From Hyphomicrobiales bacterium (lineage in GTDB: Bacteria; Pseudomonadota; Alphaproteobacteria; Rhizobiales; Aestuariivirgaceae): a stretch of 58,177 bases of DNA. The notes under the pieces were generated by a model. That model did not search any database. It was not told the origin of the DNA and worked only from the letters and a program-made list of their open reading frames with translations. The stretch spans positions 1 to 58,177 of the forward strand of contig JAIBJH010000003.1 of NCBI GenBank assembly GCA_020029455.1. Direction: 5' to 3'. Positions 7,605 through 16,760 of the stretch are shown piece after piece (within the stretch, counting starts at the first letter, position 1; every line of letters begins with the position of its first letter). Both the position numbers and the translations under genes were made by a program.

Positions 7605-9077
7605 TTATGCCTTGCCGTCATTGCGCGCCTCGGCCTTTTCGAGGGCATCAGCCAGGCGGCGCTCTTCGCTGTAGTAGCGTGCGCGATCCCAGAAGTGCGG
7701 CCTTGCGATGCCGGTGGAGCGGTGGCGGCCGATGATCTTGCCATTGGCGTCTTCACCCTGGATTTCATAGATGAAGAGATCCTGAGTGATGATGACCTCG
7801 CCTTCCATGCCGACGACTTCGGTGACATGAGTGATCTTGCGCGAACCGTCGCGCAGGCGCGAGGCCTGGATGATGACGTCGATTGAGCCGCAGATCATCT
7901 CCTTGATGGTCTTGGAGGGCAGCGCAAAGCCGCCCATGGTGATCATCGATTCCAAGCGCGAGATGGCTTCGCGCGGGCTGTTGGCGTGGAGCGTGCCCAT
8001 GGAGCCGTCGTGGCCGGTGTTCATGGCCTGCAGGAGGTCGAAGGCTTCCGGTCCGCGGACTTCGCCGACGATGATGCGTTCGGGACGCATACGCAGGCAG
8101 TTCTTGACCAGATCGCGCATGGAAATGGAGCCCTCGCCTTCGAGGTTTGGCGGTCTGGTTTCGAGCCGCACCACATGGGGCTGCTGCAGTTGGAGCTCGG
8201 CGGCGTCCTCGCAGGTGATGATGCGCTCGTCGTGGTCAATGTAGCCGGTGAGGCAGTTCAAAAGCGTGGTCTTGCCGGAGCCGGTACCGCCCGAGATCAG
8301 CACGTTACAACGCACGCGGCCGATGATCTCGAGGATCGTGGCGCCTTCCGGCGTGATCGACTTGAAGCGCACGAGGTCAGGGAGCTTGAGGCGGTCCTTC
8401 TTGAACTTACGGATTGTGAGGGCGCAGCCGTCGATGGCGAGCGGCGGGGCGATGACGTTGACGCGTGAACCGTCGGCGAGGCGGGCGTCGCAAATTGGGC
8501 TTGCCTCGTCGACGCGGCGGCCGACCTGGCTCACGATACGCTGGCAGATGTTGAGAAGCTGGGAATTGTCGCGAAAGCGCACGCCAGTCTTCTGCATCTT
8601 GCCGTCGACTTCGATGAAGACCGTAGTGGAGCCATTCACCATGATGTCGGCGATGTCGTCGCGCGCCAGCAGCGGTTCGAGCGGGCCGAAGCCGAGCACG
8701 TCGTTGCAAATATCCTCGAGCAGTTCTTCCTGCTCGGCAATGGACATCACCACGTCCTTGAGGGCGATGATCTCGTTGACGATGTCGCGGATCTCGTCGC
8801 GGGCGGCATCACGGTCAAGCTGGGCGAGTTGCGTCAGGTCGATGGCGTCGATGAGGGCGTTGAAGATCGTGCTCTTGATGTCGTAGTAGTTTTCCGAGCG
8901 GCGGCTGTGGTCGGCCGTTGCCGGCGCCTTCTGGGCGGCGGCCTTCACTTGGCCGGCGCCCTGGACCTTGATATCGGGCACATAGGTGGCCTGGGCAGCA
9001 GCAGGCTGGCCCGCCGAGGCGGGAAGTGCCGGCGGGGCGCCAGCGCCCGGTGTTGTTTCATTTCTCTTGCCAAACAT
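7605..9077 (-). CDS. cpaF: Tad pilus assembly ATPase CpaF/TadA
   Basis: Walker A GGTGSGKTT, EDAAEL, LRMRPERIIVGEVRG and MNTGHDGSMGTLHAN. Confidence 0.96.
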   Translation of the reverse strand: MFGKRNETTPGAGAPPALPASAGQPAAAQATYVPDIKVQGAGQVKAAAQKAPATADHSRRSENYYDIKSTIFNALIDAIDLTQLAQLDRDAARDEIRDIVNEIIALKDVVMSIAEQEELLEDICNDVLGFGPLEPLLARDDIADIMVNGSTTVFIEVDGKMQKTGVRFRDNSQLLNICQRIVSQVGRRVDEASPICDARLADGSRVNVIAPPLAIDGCALTIRKFKKDRLKLPDLVRFKSITPEGATILEIIGRVRCNVLISGGTGSGKTTLLNCLTGYIDHDERIITCEDAAELQLQQPHVVRLETRPPNLEGEGSISMRDLVKNCLRMRPERIIVGEVRGPEAFDLLQAMNTGHDGSMGTLHANSPREAISRLESMITMGGFALPSKTIKEMICGSIDVIIQASRLRDGSRKITHVTEVVGMEGEVIITQDLFIYEIQGEDANGKIIGRHRSTGIARPHFWDRARYYSEERRLADALEKAEARNDGKA

Positions 9078-9113
9078 CTTTCAGTCCCTCGGCCTCTGCC
9101 GCAAAGTTTCGGG

Positions 9114-10379
9114 TTATTTGTTCTTCTTCGAAAAGATCGGCAGATTTGCCAGGAAGCTCTTGCTCTTGGGCTTTGCCGCGGTGCCCTTCTGCTGTCCCAC
9201 GACAATGGCTGCGATCTCAGTGAGAGCTTCCGTGGCCTTGGCCTTGGGCGCCACTTCAAAAAGCATCTGGCCGTTGCCTTGCGCCAGCCCGAAGGACTGA
9301 GGGTCGTGCGGAACGACGGCAATGGGATCAACGCCCAGCGCCTTGGCAAAGTCAGCTGGCGAAATTTCCGGTCGCTTGGGCACGCCGACTTGATTGAGGA
9401 TGAGCTTCGGCGGCCTGTCATTGGCGCGCGCTGATTTCAGAAAATCCACAAGGTTCTTGGCGTTCCTGAGGCTCGGCAGCTCCGGCGTTGCGGTGATGAT
9501 GATGTCGTCGGAGTTGACCAGCGTCTGCTTGATCCAGGGCGCCCACATGTTGGGCACGTCCACCACGACCAGGGGCGCGCTGGAGCGCACGACATTGAGG
9601 ATGGATTCAATGGCGTGGGCTTCGATGTTGAACTCGCGTTCCACGGTGCCGGGACCGTTGAGCAGGCTCAGCTTGTCGCCGAGCTTGGTCATCAGGCGCT
9701 CAACCAGCATGCTGTCGACGCGGTCTGGCTGGCCCAGGGCATCGACAATGCCGCCGGTGGAATCCTGGTTGAAGTTGAGAGCCGCTGTGCCGAAGGCGAG
9801 ATCGAGATCGGTGATGATCGTGTCGATGTTGCGCTTCTGGGAGGTGATCCAGGCGATATTGTGGGCGATGGTCGAGGAACCGACGCCGCCCTTGGCGCCG
9901 ACAAAGGAAACGATGCGCCCAAGAGGTGCCGCCTTCGGGTCATGGTAGAGGTTGGCGATCGAATCGATGAAACTCACTGGCGAGACGGGCGCCACGAGAT
10001 ATTCACTGACGCCGGCCTTGATCAGCTCGCGATAGAGCAGCACGTCATTGACATGGCCCAGTACCACGACCTTGGTGTCGGCCTGGCAGACCTCGGAGAG
10101 GCGCATGAGCTCGGCCATCACCTGTTCGCGGTTGGAATGGGTCTCGATGACGAGAACATTGGGGGTGGGCTGGGTCTGATAGTACTGGATGGCAGCCGGA
10201 ATGCCGCCAAGCTGGATCGAGACATGGGCCCTGGACATGCGCCGGTCAGTGGCTGCTACCTGCAGCAACTGCCCGGTCTGCTGATTGTCGCAGAAGGCGT
10301 GCAATTCAATCCGCGGGACCAGAACAACAGGCGCTTCGCTTGTCGCTTGAAGTGTTGGCTCGGTTGCTAGGTTATGCAT
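9114..10379 (-). CDS. cpaE: Pilus assembly protein CpaE/TadZ (receiver-like plus MinD/ParA-like domain)
   Basis: GHVNDVLLYREL..GVSEYL, GAKGGVGSST and DLDLAFGT motifs. Confidence 0.93.
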   Translation of the reverse strand: MHNLATEPTLQATSEAPVVLVPRIELHAFCDNQQTGQLLQVAATDRRMSRAHVSIQLGGIPAAIQYYQTQPTPNVLVIETHSNREQVMAELMRLSEVCQADTKVVVLGHVNDVLLYRELIKAGVSEYLVAPVSPVSFIDSIANLYHDPKAAPLGRIVSFVGAKGGVGSSTIAHNIAWITSQKRNIDTIITDLDLAFGTAALNFNQDSTGGIVDALGQPDRVDSMLVERLMTKLGDKLSLLNGPGTVEREFNIEAHAIESILNVVRSSAPLVVVDVPNMWAPWIKQTLVNSDDIIITATPELPSLRNAKNLVDFLKSARANDRPPKLILNQVGVPKRPEISPADFAKALGVDPIAVVPHDPQSFGLAQGNGQMLFEVAPKAKATEALTEIAAIVVGQQKGTAAKPKSKSFLANLPIFSKKNK

Positions 10380-10412
10380 GGTTCGGTCCTGGCTTGCGCG
10401 CTTTGGTCTGGA

Positions 10413-10808
10413 TTAGGGGGTAGTGGAATTGGCCACCGGGGCGATATTCGTGTATAGTTTCGAGATGGCGGTGTACTCGATGTCACCCAGGGGCTTTGGC
10501 AGCTTGCGCTTTTTCCCGACGAGGTCGGATGGATAGGCGGCCATAGCTGCAATATTGGACTGCACGGCACAGCCGTGATTCTCGTGCAATTCATTGCTTT
10601 CGCTATCAGCGAGATTGTGTGGCCACTGGCCGCAATCTTCCACATAGGCCTTGCCGCCCGACACCTTGATCGGGTGCATTTTCGATCCGCCGTAGGGGGT
10701 GATGTCGGAGTTGTACATCTCATCGGTGACACAGCCTGCCAGCGGCAAGGCGAGACACAACATGGCGATGACCAAGGAATTTCCGGAATGCTTGAACATG
10801 GTACCCAC
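10413..10808 (-). CDS. cpaD: Short CpaD-family pilus lipoprotein
   Basis: Lipobox LAGC; CGQW...NHGCAVQSNIAAMAAYPSDL motif; lies between cpaC and cpaE. Confidence 0.75.
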   Translation of the reverse strand: MGTMFKHSGNSLVIAMLCLALPLAGCVTDEMYNSDITPYGGSKMHPIKVSGGKAYVEDCGQWPHNLADSESNELHENHGCAVQSNIAAMAAYPSDLVGKKRKLPKPLGDIEYTAISKLYTNIAPVANSTTP

Positions 10809-10816
10809 TTTCCTGC

Positions 10817-12244
10817 CTACTCAACAATAAACCCAACGCTGCCGTGATAGGTGCCATCCGGCTCATCGGCACCGCCGCCATAGATCTTGTTCAGACGGCC
10901 CATGAAGATTGCCTGCTTGTCCGTGGCCGGATTGAAGTTCTTGTCCGGCGAGGTCAGCTTTGACGGCGAAGTCGGACGCACGAGAATCGGCGTCACCAAG
11001 ATCACGAGTTCTGTCTCGTTCGAAATGAAGTCCTGGCTGCGGAAGAGCTGGCCAAGGATTGGCAGCTTCTTCAGGCCTGGCGTGCCGTCAACATTTTGGC
11101 GCGTGGACTCCCTGATGAGACCGGCGATCATCATGGAACCACCGGAGGGAAGCTCAAGCGCCGTGGTGGCGGTGCGCGTATCGAGAGTGGGAATACCGTT
11201 CATTGCGCCGGATATGTCGCTCACTTCCGTCTTGATATTGAGAAGGATGCGGTCTTCGCTGAACACCGTCGGCGTGAAATTCACGATGACGCCGAAATTC
11301 TTGAACTCTATGACGCAGTTGTCAGCGGACTGACAGCTGCGGAACGGAAACTCGCCACCGGCCTGGAAGCTGGCGCTTCCGCCTGTGATCGCCGTCAGAT
11401 TCGGTTCTGCCAGCGTGCGCACCAAGCCGTCGCTTTCCATGGCACGGATCAAGCCTTCAATCTTTGTGCCGCCGGAAGCGTATGTGGCCTTGGCGCCGCT
11501 GAGGGGGTCCAGCACGCCGTTGGTTAAGCCGGTGGGGATGTTCGCGATATTGAATGCCATCTTGCCGAGGTCCAACAGGGCGGAGAAATCGACGCCGAAC
11601 TGCTTCAGCACGTCACGCTGGATCTCCACCACCTTGACCTTCAGCATCACCTGGTCTTCACCCTGGACCAAAATGGTGTTGATGACAGTGTTGTTTGCCG
11701 CGCTGCCGCCATAATACTTGTTGGCCAATTCCATGGCTGTCTTCACTTCAAGCGCATTGCGCGCGGTGCCGCCGAGAACGATGGTGTTGTCAACCGAGTC
11801 CACGGTGATGTGGTGGCCTGGCAGGGCGCGGCTAAGCAGCTTCTTCATCGCCATCGTATCCACAGCAACCTCGACATCTATACTGAGGATCTGCCGGCCG
11901 TTGGCGTCAAAGAAGAAGATGTTGGTCTGGCCACCCTGGTGGGCGAAAAGATAGGCCGTGTTTCTGGAGCGTACGACAGCATCAATAATATGGTCGTTGC
12001 CGACAACCACGTCGCGTGCCTCTGCCGGCAAGCGGATGATCGCCGACTTGCCGGCGCCCAGACGGATGAAACGGCTGTTGTCCGCCTCTTCGACGGCAGG
12101 TTCAAGGTCGCCGGCCCATGCCGGCTTTGCGAGAATGTTCGGGGCAATCACGCCCACTGCAGAAACGGCGAGCAGGCAGGCAGCGAGGAGACCGGACTTC
12201 ATGATCTTACCTTTGAGAAGCGGATTGATGGGGAACATGGTCAT
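10817..12244 (-). CDS. cpaC: Tad pilus secretin CpaC/RcpA
   Basis: QVMLKVKVVEI, LAEPNLTAITG..ASFQAGGEFP and LPILGQLFRS...ETELVILVTP; GAGG RBS before 12244. Confidence 0.94.
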   Translation of the reverse strand: MTMFPINPLLKGKIMKSGLLAACLLAVSAVGVIAPNILAKPAWAGDLEPAVEEADNSRFIRLGAGKSAIIRLPAEARDVVVGNDHIIDAVVRSRNTAYLFAHQGGQTNIFFFDANGRQILSIDVEVAVDTMAMKKLLSRALPGHHITVDSVDNTIVLGGTARNALEVKTAMELANKYYGGSAANNTVINTILVQGEDQVMLKVKVVEIQRDVLKQFGVDFSALLDLGKMAFNIANIPTGLTNGVLDPLSGAKATYASGGTKIEGLIRAMESDGLVRTLAEPNLTAITGGSASFQAGGEFPFRSCQSADNCVIEFKNFGVIVNFTPTVFSEDRILLNIKTEVSDISGAMNGIPTLDTRTATTALELPSGGSMMIAGLIRESTRQNVDGTPGLKKLPILGQLFRSQDFISNETELVILVTPILVRPTSPSKLTSPDKNFNPATDKQAIFMGRLNKIYGGGADEPDGTYHGSVGFIVE

Positions 12245-12254
12245 GACTGCTTCC

Positions 12255-13091
12255 TCAGCGGCTCGTGGCATAGGTTTCGATGCCGTAGCGGACAAACAAA
12301 GTGTCGCCGTTCACCGTCTTGTTGGCGCCGTGGGGCATGTATTTTTCGGCAAGCCTTGGGCCATCTTTTACAGCGTTCCCGTCGTTCTCGGCGAGAGAAC
12401 GAAGCGCCAGGGAAAGCTCGCCCTCTGTTTCTACACGAGCGATGATTTCGGCCTGGTCAAGCGACATTTCGAGGGTTGCCGTATCAGTTTCCTTCATAGC
12501 CACATCTTCGCCTTCCTTGGCCTGCTTGAAGACCTGATTGATGGCGAGCACGCGGACATTGGTGATCACCGTCTCGCTTTTCACCAGTGTGTTGCCGGTT
12601 TCAGCATTGGTGATCTTGCGGGTGAGAATCACGTCGACGCGGTCATTGGGCAGAATGAAGCCGCCGGCCGCGGACCTGTTGGAAATGGCAACCGAGCTTG
12701 CGCGCATGCCCTTGGGAAGCACGGCACTCATGAAGCCACCTTCTCCGGGATTAACGATCTTCTTTTCGAGGATGGTCTCGCCTTCGAACATGGGAACAAG
12801 GGCGCGTGTCTCGGCGAGCTTTTCTTCGGCGTCCGGCATCTCATCCTTGGTGATCATCAAGTCCTGGATTACGTTCTTGGGCCAGGACTTCCAGACGACG
12901 GTTCCGGAGGCGAGCTTTTCGCCCGTTTCTATGTCTTTGGCGGCGACCAGCACATCGACCGTCTCGATCTTGGGCGCCACGGCAACCTGCTGCGGTTGCG
13001 GCTTCTTGCCGATCACGCCTTTGGCCAGAAGGCCCGCTGTCACGGCCGAGCCGATGGCCACGGCAAACATCACGATGCGCATCTTACTCAT
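12255..13091 (-). CDS. cpaB: Flp pilus assembly protein CpaB
   Basis: SAF-like VLVAAKDI; GMRA....AGGFILPNDRVDVIL; VRVLAINQ; LSLALRS. Confidence 0.94.
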   Translation of the reverse strand: MSKMRIVMFAVAIGSAVTAGLLAKGVIGKKPQPQQVAVAPKIETVDVLVAAKDIETGEKLASGTVVWKSWPKNVIQDLMITKDEMPDAEEKLAETRALVPMFEGETILEKKIVNPGEGGFMSAVLPKGMRASSVAISNRSAAGGFILPNDRVDVILTRKITNAETGNTLVKSETVITNVRVLAINQVFKQAKEGEDVAMKETDTATLEMSLDQAEIIARVETEGELSLALRSLAENDGNAVKDGPRLAEKYMPHGANKTVNGDTLFVRYGIETYATSR

Positions 13092-13181
13092 GTCTTGTCC
13101 TCACTGGCGCGGCTTGCGCGCACTGAACCGGGATTGATCTTTCGGCTCGAATGGCAAAATTTCGGTTAATGGAATGCAAAG

Positions 13182-13691
13182 TCATGCAACATTCATCCAC
13201 CATGTGTCCGGGAAGGCGAGAATAGCGCCCACAGCGAGAGCAATTCCGTAAGGCACCTTGGGAGTCCATTGCTTGAGGCGCTGACGCAGCGGAAGGGTTC
13301 TTTCGCCACCGCCCATGTCCCAACTCAAGGAAATCGCCGACCAGGCCGCAACAACAAGGGCGAGAAGGCCACCGGCAATTGCCGTCATGATCAGGAAATT
13401 CAAGGAATCGGAGGTGCCGAACCATAGGCCTGCCGCCGCCATGAGCTTGGCATCGCCGCCGCCGAATAGGCGAAGCGCGAACAGGGCATAGCCTGCAAAG
13501 AAAAGCAGGAGGCCCGCAAGAACATGCCAGCCCAGTTCCGCCAGCGGCATGCCAGTAGCCCAGGCCATCGGAAAGAAAGCAAGGGCGGTGAGGCCCGTCA
13601 GCCAGTTCGGAATGCGCAGCGAAGCGCAATCGCTGACAGCAGCGAGAATCATCAAGGCCGGAAGGATAAAGATTGATAGAGTATGCAGCAT
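13182..13691 (-). CDS. cpaA: Prepilin peptidase CpaA/TadV (A24)
   Basis: D...LRIPNW, GGGDAKL and VPYGIA motifs. Confidence 0.93.
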   Translation of the reverse strand: MLHTLSIFILPALMILAAVSDCASLRIPNWLTGLTALAFFPMAWATGMPLAELGWHVLAGLLLFFAGYALFALRLFGGGDAKLMAAAGLWFGTSDSLNFLIMTAIAGGLLALVVAAWSAISLSWDMGGGERTLPLRQRLKQWTPKVPYGIALAVGAILAFPDTWWMNVA

Positions 13692-13745
13692 TGGCCCACC
13701 CAGGGTCAGAAAGTTGAAAGAATCTGCATCCTCGCAAAATTGATC

Positions 13746-13828
13746 TAAAGGAACGTTAACCCTGAGAAAGCGTTATGGCCCGCCGGTTGGGCGCGGATCG
13801 TTGTCTTCTCACGTAACGGAAGATTCAC
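13746..13828. promoter_or_regulatory. CtrA-box-like sites in the divergent pilus promoter region
   Basis: TAA-N7-TTAAC at 13746-13760 and TAA-N7-TTCAC at 13814-13828. Confidence 0.55.
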
Positions 13829-13887
13829 CATTGCCATGCGACTGTGCGGCACTCTCCGGGCGCTTGCCCGCATTTGTGTGGTGGTCC

Positions 13888-14388
13888 ATGAAAAACATTT
13901 TGTTGCATTTTGCTTTGCTGGCAGGATTGGCCGTGGTGCCGTTCCTGAGCGGTCACGCCCTTGCGGACCAAGCACTCGATGTTGAAATCGACAGCTCCCG
14001 CATGCTCACGGTGCAGGCCAATCCCGGTGCGGTCATTGTTGGCAATCCGTCGATTGCTGACGTTTCGCTTCATCTCGACAAAGTCTTCGTGCACGGCCGG
14101 AGCTTCGGGCAGACCAATCTCATCATCCTTGACCAGAAGGGCGAGCCGATCGGCCAGTTCGACATCATGGTGAAACATACGGCCGAAAGCGCCGTTGCCG
14201 TTTACGAAGGTACTGGCGCAGTCGTGATGCGCCGGAGCTACACATGCTGGCCGCTTTGCGAGGCGGACATGCAGGTAGGCGACGGCTTCGAACGTTTTGA
14301 CGGCATCATCAAGGGGAATATGGCCAAGACGAAGTTCGCCACCGGCGAAGAGTCATCCGAGGCCAAGGCGCCGGCTGCGCCGCAGTAA
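13888..14388 (+). CDS. Secreted pilus assembly protein with a secretin N-terminal-like (T2SS/T3SS pil_N) domain
   Basis: Signal peptide; VIVGNPSIADV...VHGRSFGQTNLIILD; YTCWPLC. Confidence 0.85.
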   Translation: MKNILLHFALLAGLAVVPFLSGHALADQALDVEIDSSRMLTVQANPGAVIVGNPSIADVSLHLDKVFVHGRSFGQTNLIILDQKGEPIGQFDIMVKHTAESAVAVYEGTGAVVMRRSYTCWPLCEADMQVGDGFERFDGIIKGNMAKTKFATGEESSEAKAPAAPQ

Positions 14389-14411
14389 AAAATCTACCGA
14401 ATCGGTTAACC

Positions 14412-14446
14412 AAGGGCGGAGATTTGCTCTCCGCCCTTTGCATTTT
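14412..14446 (+). terminator. Probable intrinsic terminator
   Basis: Stem AAGGGCGGAGA/TCTCCGCCCTT followed by a T-rich tail. Confidence 0.6.
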
Positions 14447-14580
14447 GACGATTTCATTCAAATTTTATGTATCCGGGTAAAACTGTGGCAAGCGTCCTTT
14501 GCTAGCTATTCATGCACCCTTCGTGCGTCCTGGCGTGCCAGGGGCCATTGTTTGCGGCGCGCGGCCGCTGACGGGAGAAA

Positions 14581-15174
14581 GTGATGAGCATGCTGTCTAA
14601 ACTCGGTGATCGCCTGCGCAGGTCTGGCGCTTTCTGCCTTTGGCGCAACGAGGACGGCGTCACGGCTATCGAATTCGGGATGGTAGGACCCCTCTTCTTC
14701 CTCCTGCTCGGCAGCATCATGGAGACGGGCATGATGCTCTTCTCAGAATATTCGCTGCAAACGAGCGTGCAGGCTGCCGCGCGGCTGGTGCGTACCGGCC
14801 AGGCGCAGGAGCTGCAGCTGACCTCGGCACAGTTCAAAACCGAGCTTTGCAAGACGGCAGAAATCACAATGGATTGCGCCGGCGGCGTTACTGTCTACAT
14901 GGTTTCGGCGGCGAGTTTTGCGGCGCTCCAAGCCATGGTTCCCTCTTATACCAGTATTGGCAACAGCTTTGGCGGCCCTGCGGGCCCCACTTCATATTCC
15001 TGCGGCGGCGCCTCGCAGGTGGTCGCTGTCATTGCCACCTATGACTGGGACTTCACCATGCCGTTCCTCAAGGAACATTTCGGCAATGTCGATGGAAACA
15101 CGAAACGCCGCTTCGCAGGCTTTGCCATGTTCCAGAATGAACCTTTCCCCGCCACCGGAAACAACTGCCAATAA
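14581..15174 (+). CDS. TadE/TadG-family pseudopilin
   Basis: Prepilin motif EDG|VTAIEF, TM helix, AARLVRTGQ, C-terminal FQNEPF. Confidence 0.9.
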   Translation: MMSMLSKLGDRLRRSGAFCLWRNEDGVTAIEFGMVGPLFFLLLGSIMETGMMLFSEYSLQTSVQAAARLVRTGQAQELQLTSAQFKTELCKTAEITMDCAGGVTVYMVSAASFAALQAMVPSYTSIGNSFGGPAGPTSYSCGGASQVVAVIATYDWDFTMPFLKEHFGNVDGNTKRRFAGFAMFQNEPFPATGNNCQ

Positions 15175-15186
15175 GGACCTGCTGCC

Positions 15187-15765
15187 ATGCGGAAGTTCGG
15201 CCTCACATCATATCTTAACGCCCAGTCGGGTGTTGCGGCAATTGAGTTCGCTTTCATCCTGCCGGTGATGCTGCTTCTCTATTTCGGCATGATGGATCTC
15301 ACCACGCTGGTGGTGAACAACAGAAAGGTCACGACCGTCGCCAGCGCCGTTGCGGACCTCACCGCGCAGAACCGCACAACGGTACTCAAGCCGCAGGTCG
15401 AGGACTACATGCAAGTGGCAAACCTGATCCTCAATCCGATGCCCGATGACGGCGTGACAGTGAAGGTCTACGGATACCGCAACTCCGGCGGCGCGCCATC
15501 CTTGATCTGGCAGACCACCAATGGTTCCGGCCCCGGCTGCTCCGGCACACCCAGCACATCGGGCTATAGTGACCTGATGACCGCAGGCAATGATCTCGTC
15601 GTGGCGCAAGCCTGCATGACCTATGAGCCCTTCATTGCCACCTTCCTCGGCAAGGACATCCTTGGCGCCACGTTCTTCAATGTCGAACAGGCGGTCGTGG
15701 TGAGGCCGCGCTCCACGCTCGTACTCACTTGCCAGACGTCATCGGGCGGGGCGACCTGCTCATAA
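15187..15765 (+). CDS. TadE/TadG-family pseudopilin
   Basis: QSG|VAAIEFA prepilin motif, ADLTAQ, C-terminal RPR. Confidence 0.9.
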   Translation: MRKFGLTSYLNAQSGVAAIEFAFILPVMLLLYFGMMDLTTLVVNNRKVTTVASAVADLTAQNRTTVLKPQVEDYMQVANLILNPMPDDGVTVKVYGYRNSGGAPSLIWQTTNGSGPGCSGTPSTSGYSDLMTAGNDLVVAQACMTYEPFIATFLGKDILGATFFNVEQAVVVRPRSTLVLTCQTSSGGATCS

Positions 15766-15788
15766 CGGCCAAAGCCGCATCGTTTCAG

Positions 15789-15817
15789 AGGGGCCTTAAT
15801 TGGGCCCCTTTTCGTTT
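15789..15817 (+). terminator. Probable intrinsic terminator
   Basis: AGGGGCC-loop-GGCCCCT followed by TTTCGTTT. Confidence 0.55.
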
Positions 15818-15867
15818 GGCCCCCAATTTGGCACAAGGGCTTGCCCCGCAACCGAAAGCCCCTTCCT

Positions 15868-16710
15868 TTGGACTCTCTCGTCTTTGGCGCTGTGCTTCTC
15901 GCAGCCTTCCTGCACGCCGCCTGGAACGTGCTCGTGCGCATGCAGGCCGACAGGCTCATATCACTCACCACCCTGCAGGGCTTCATGGGCATCATGGGCA
16001 TCGGCCTCCTTTTCCTCTTCGGGCTGCCTAAACCGGAAAGCTATGGTTTCGCCCTGGCCTCCGGCATCCTTCACACGGGCTACAATCTCTTTCTGGTGCG
16101 CGCCTACAGGGCCGCAGACCTGAGCCAGGTCTATCCCATCGCACGCGGGGCCGCTCCCCTTCTCACCATGGTGGGAAGCCTGCTCTTTCTTACGGACGGT
16201 GTTCACATCGGCGTCGTTGCCGCCATCCTGCTGCTGGTTGCCGGACTAGTGATGGCCGGATGGCAGAAAGACCGCTCCAGCCATCCCGACCCGCAGGCCG
16301 TTCTCTATGCTCTCGGCACAGCCTGTTTCATTGCCGTCTATTCGATGACCGATGGGCTTGGGGCGCGGGCCTCCGGAGATGCCTTCGGTTATGCAGGACT
16401 TCTTTTCGTGCTGGATGCGATGTTCCTTCTCGTTGCGGGAACCATCATGCGGGGTGCAGGCTTCGTGCCTTCGCTTCTGCCTTTCTGGAAACAGGGGATC
16501 ATCGGCGGCGCAGCCTCGGGCCTTGCCTATGCCATCGTCATGTGGGCCATGACCAAGGCACCGATTGCCAGCGTTGCGGCCTTACGCGAGACAAGCATCG
16601 TCTTCGTGCTGTTCATGTCGGCGCGCATGCTCAGGGAATCACTGACGGCAGTGCGCATCGCAGGCGCCCTGCTCATCGCGGCAGGCGCCATTCTTCTGAG
16701 GCTTGCCTGA
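15868..16710 (+). CDS. EamA/DMT family transporter
   Basis: LHAAWN, DLSQVYPIARG and ALRETSI motifs; about 10 TM helices; TTG start assumed. Confidence 0.9.
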   Translation: MDSLVFGAVLLAAFLHAAWNVLVRMQADRLISLTTLQGFMGIMGIGLLFLFGLPKPESYGFALASGILHTGYNLFLVRAYRAADLSQVYPIARGAAPLLTMVGSLLFLTDGVHIGVVAAILLLVAGLVMAGWQKDRSSHPDPQAVLYALGTACFIAVYSMTDGLGARASGDAFGYAGLLFVLDAMFLLVAGTIMRGAGFVPSLLPFWKQGIIGGAASGLAYAIVMWAMTKAPIASVAALRETSIVFVLFMSARMLRESLTAVRIAGALLIAAGAILLRLA

Positions 16711-16760
16711 CAGGGCCCTTTGGGCCATGGTCCGCCACCAAAATTCACAGGGATTGAGAC

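Noticed and set aside
13692-13887. Hidden Flp pilin ORF upstream of cpaA
   Set aside because: No prepilin G|xxxxE motif or hydrophobic helix found by eye
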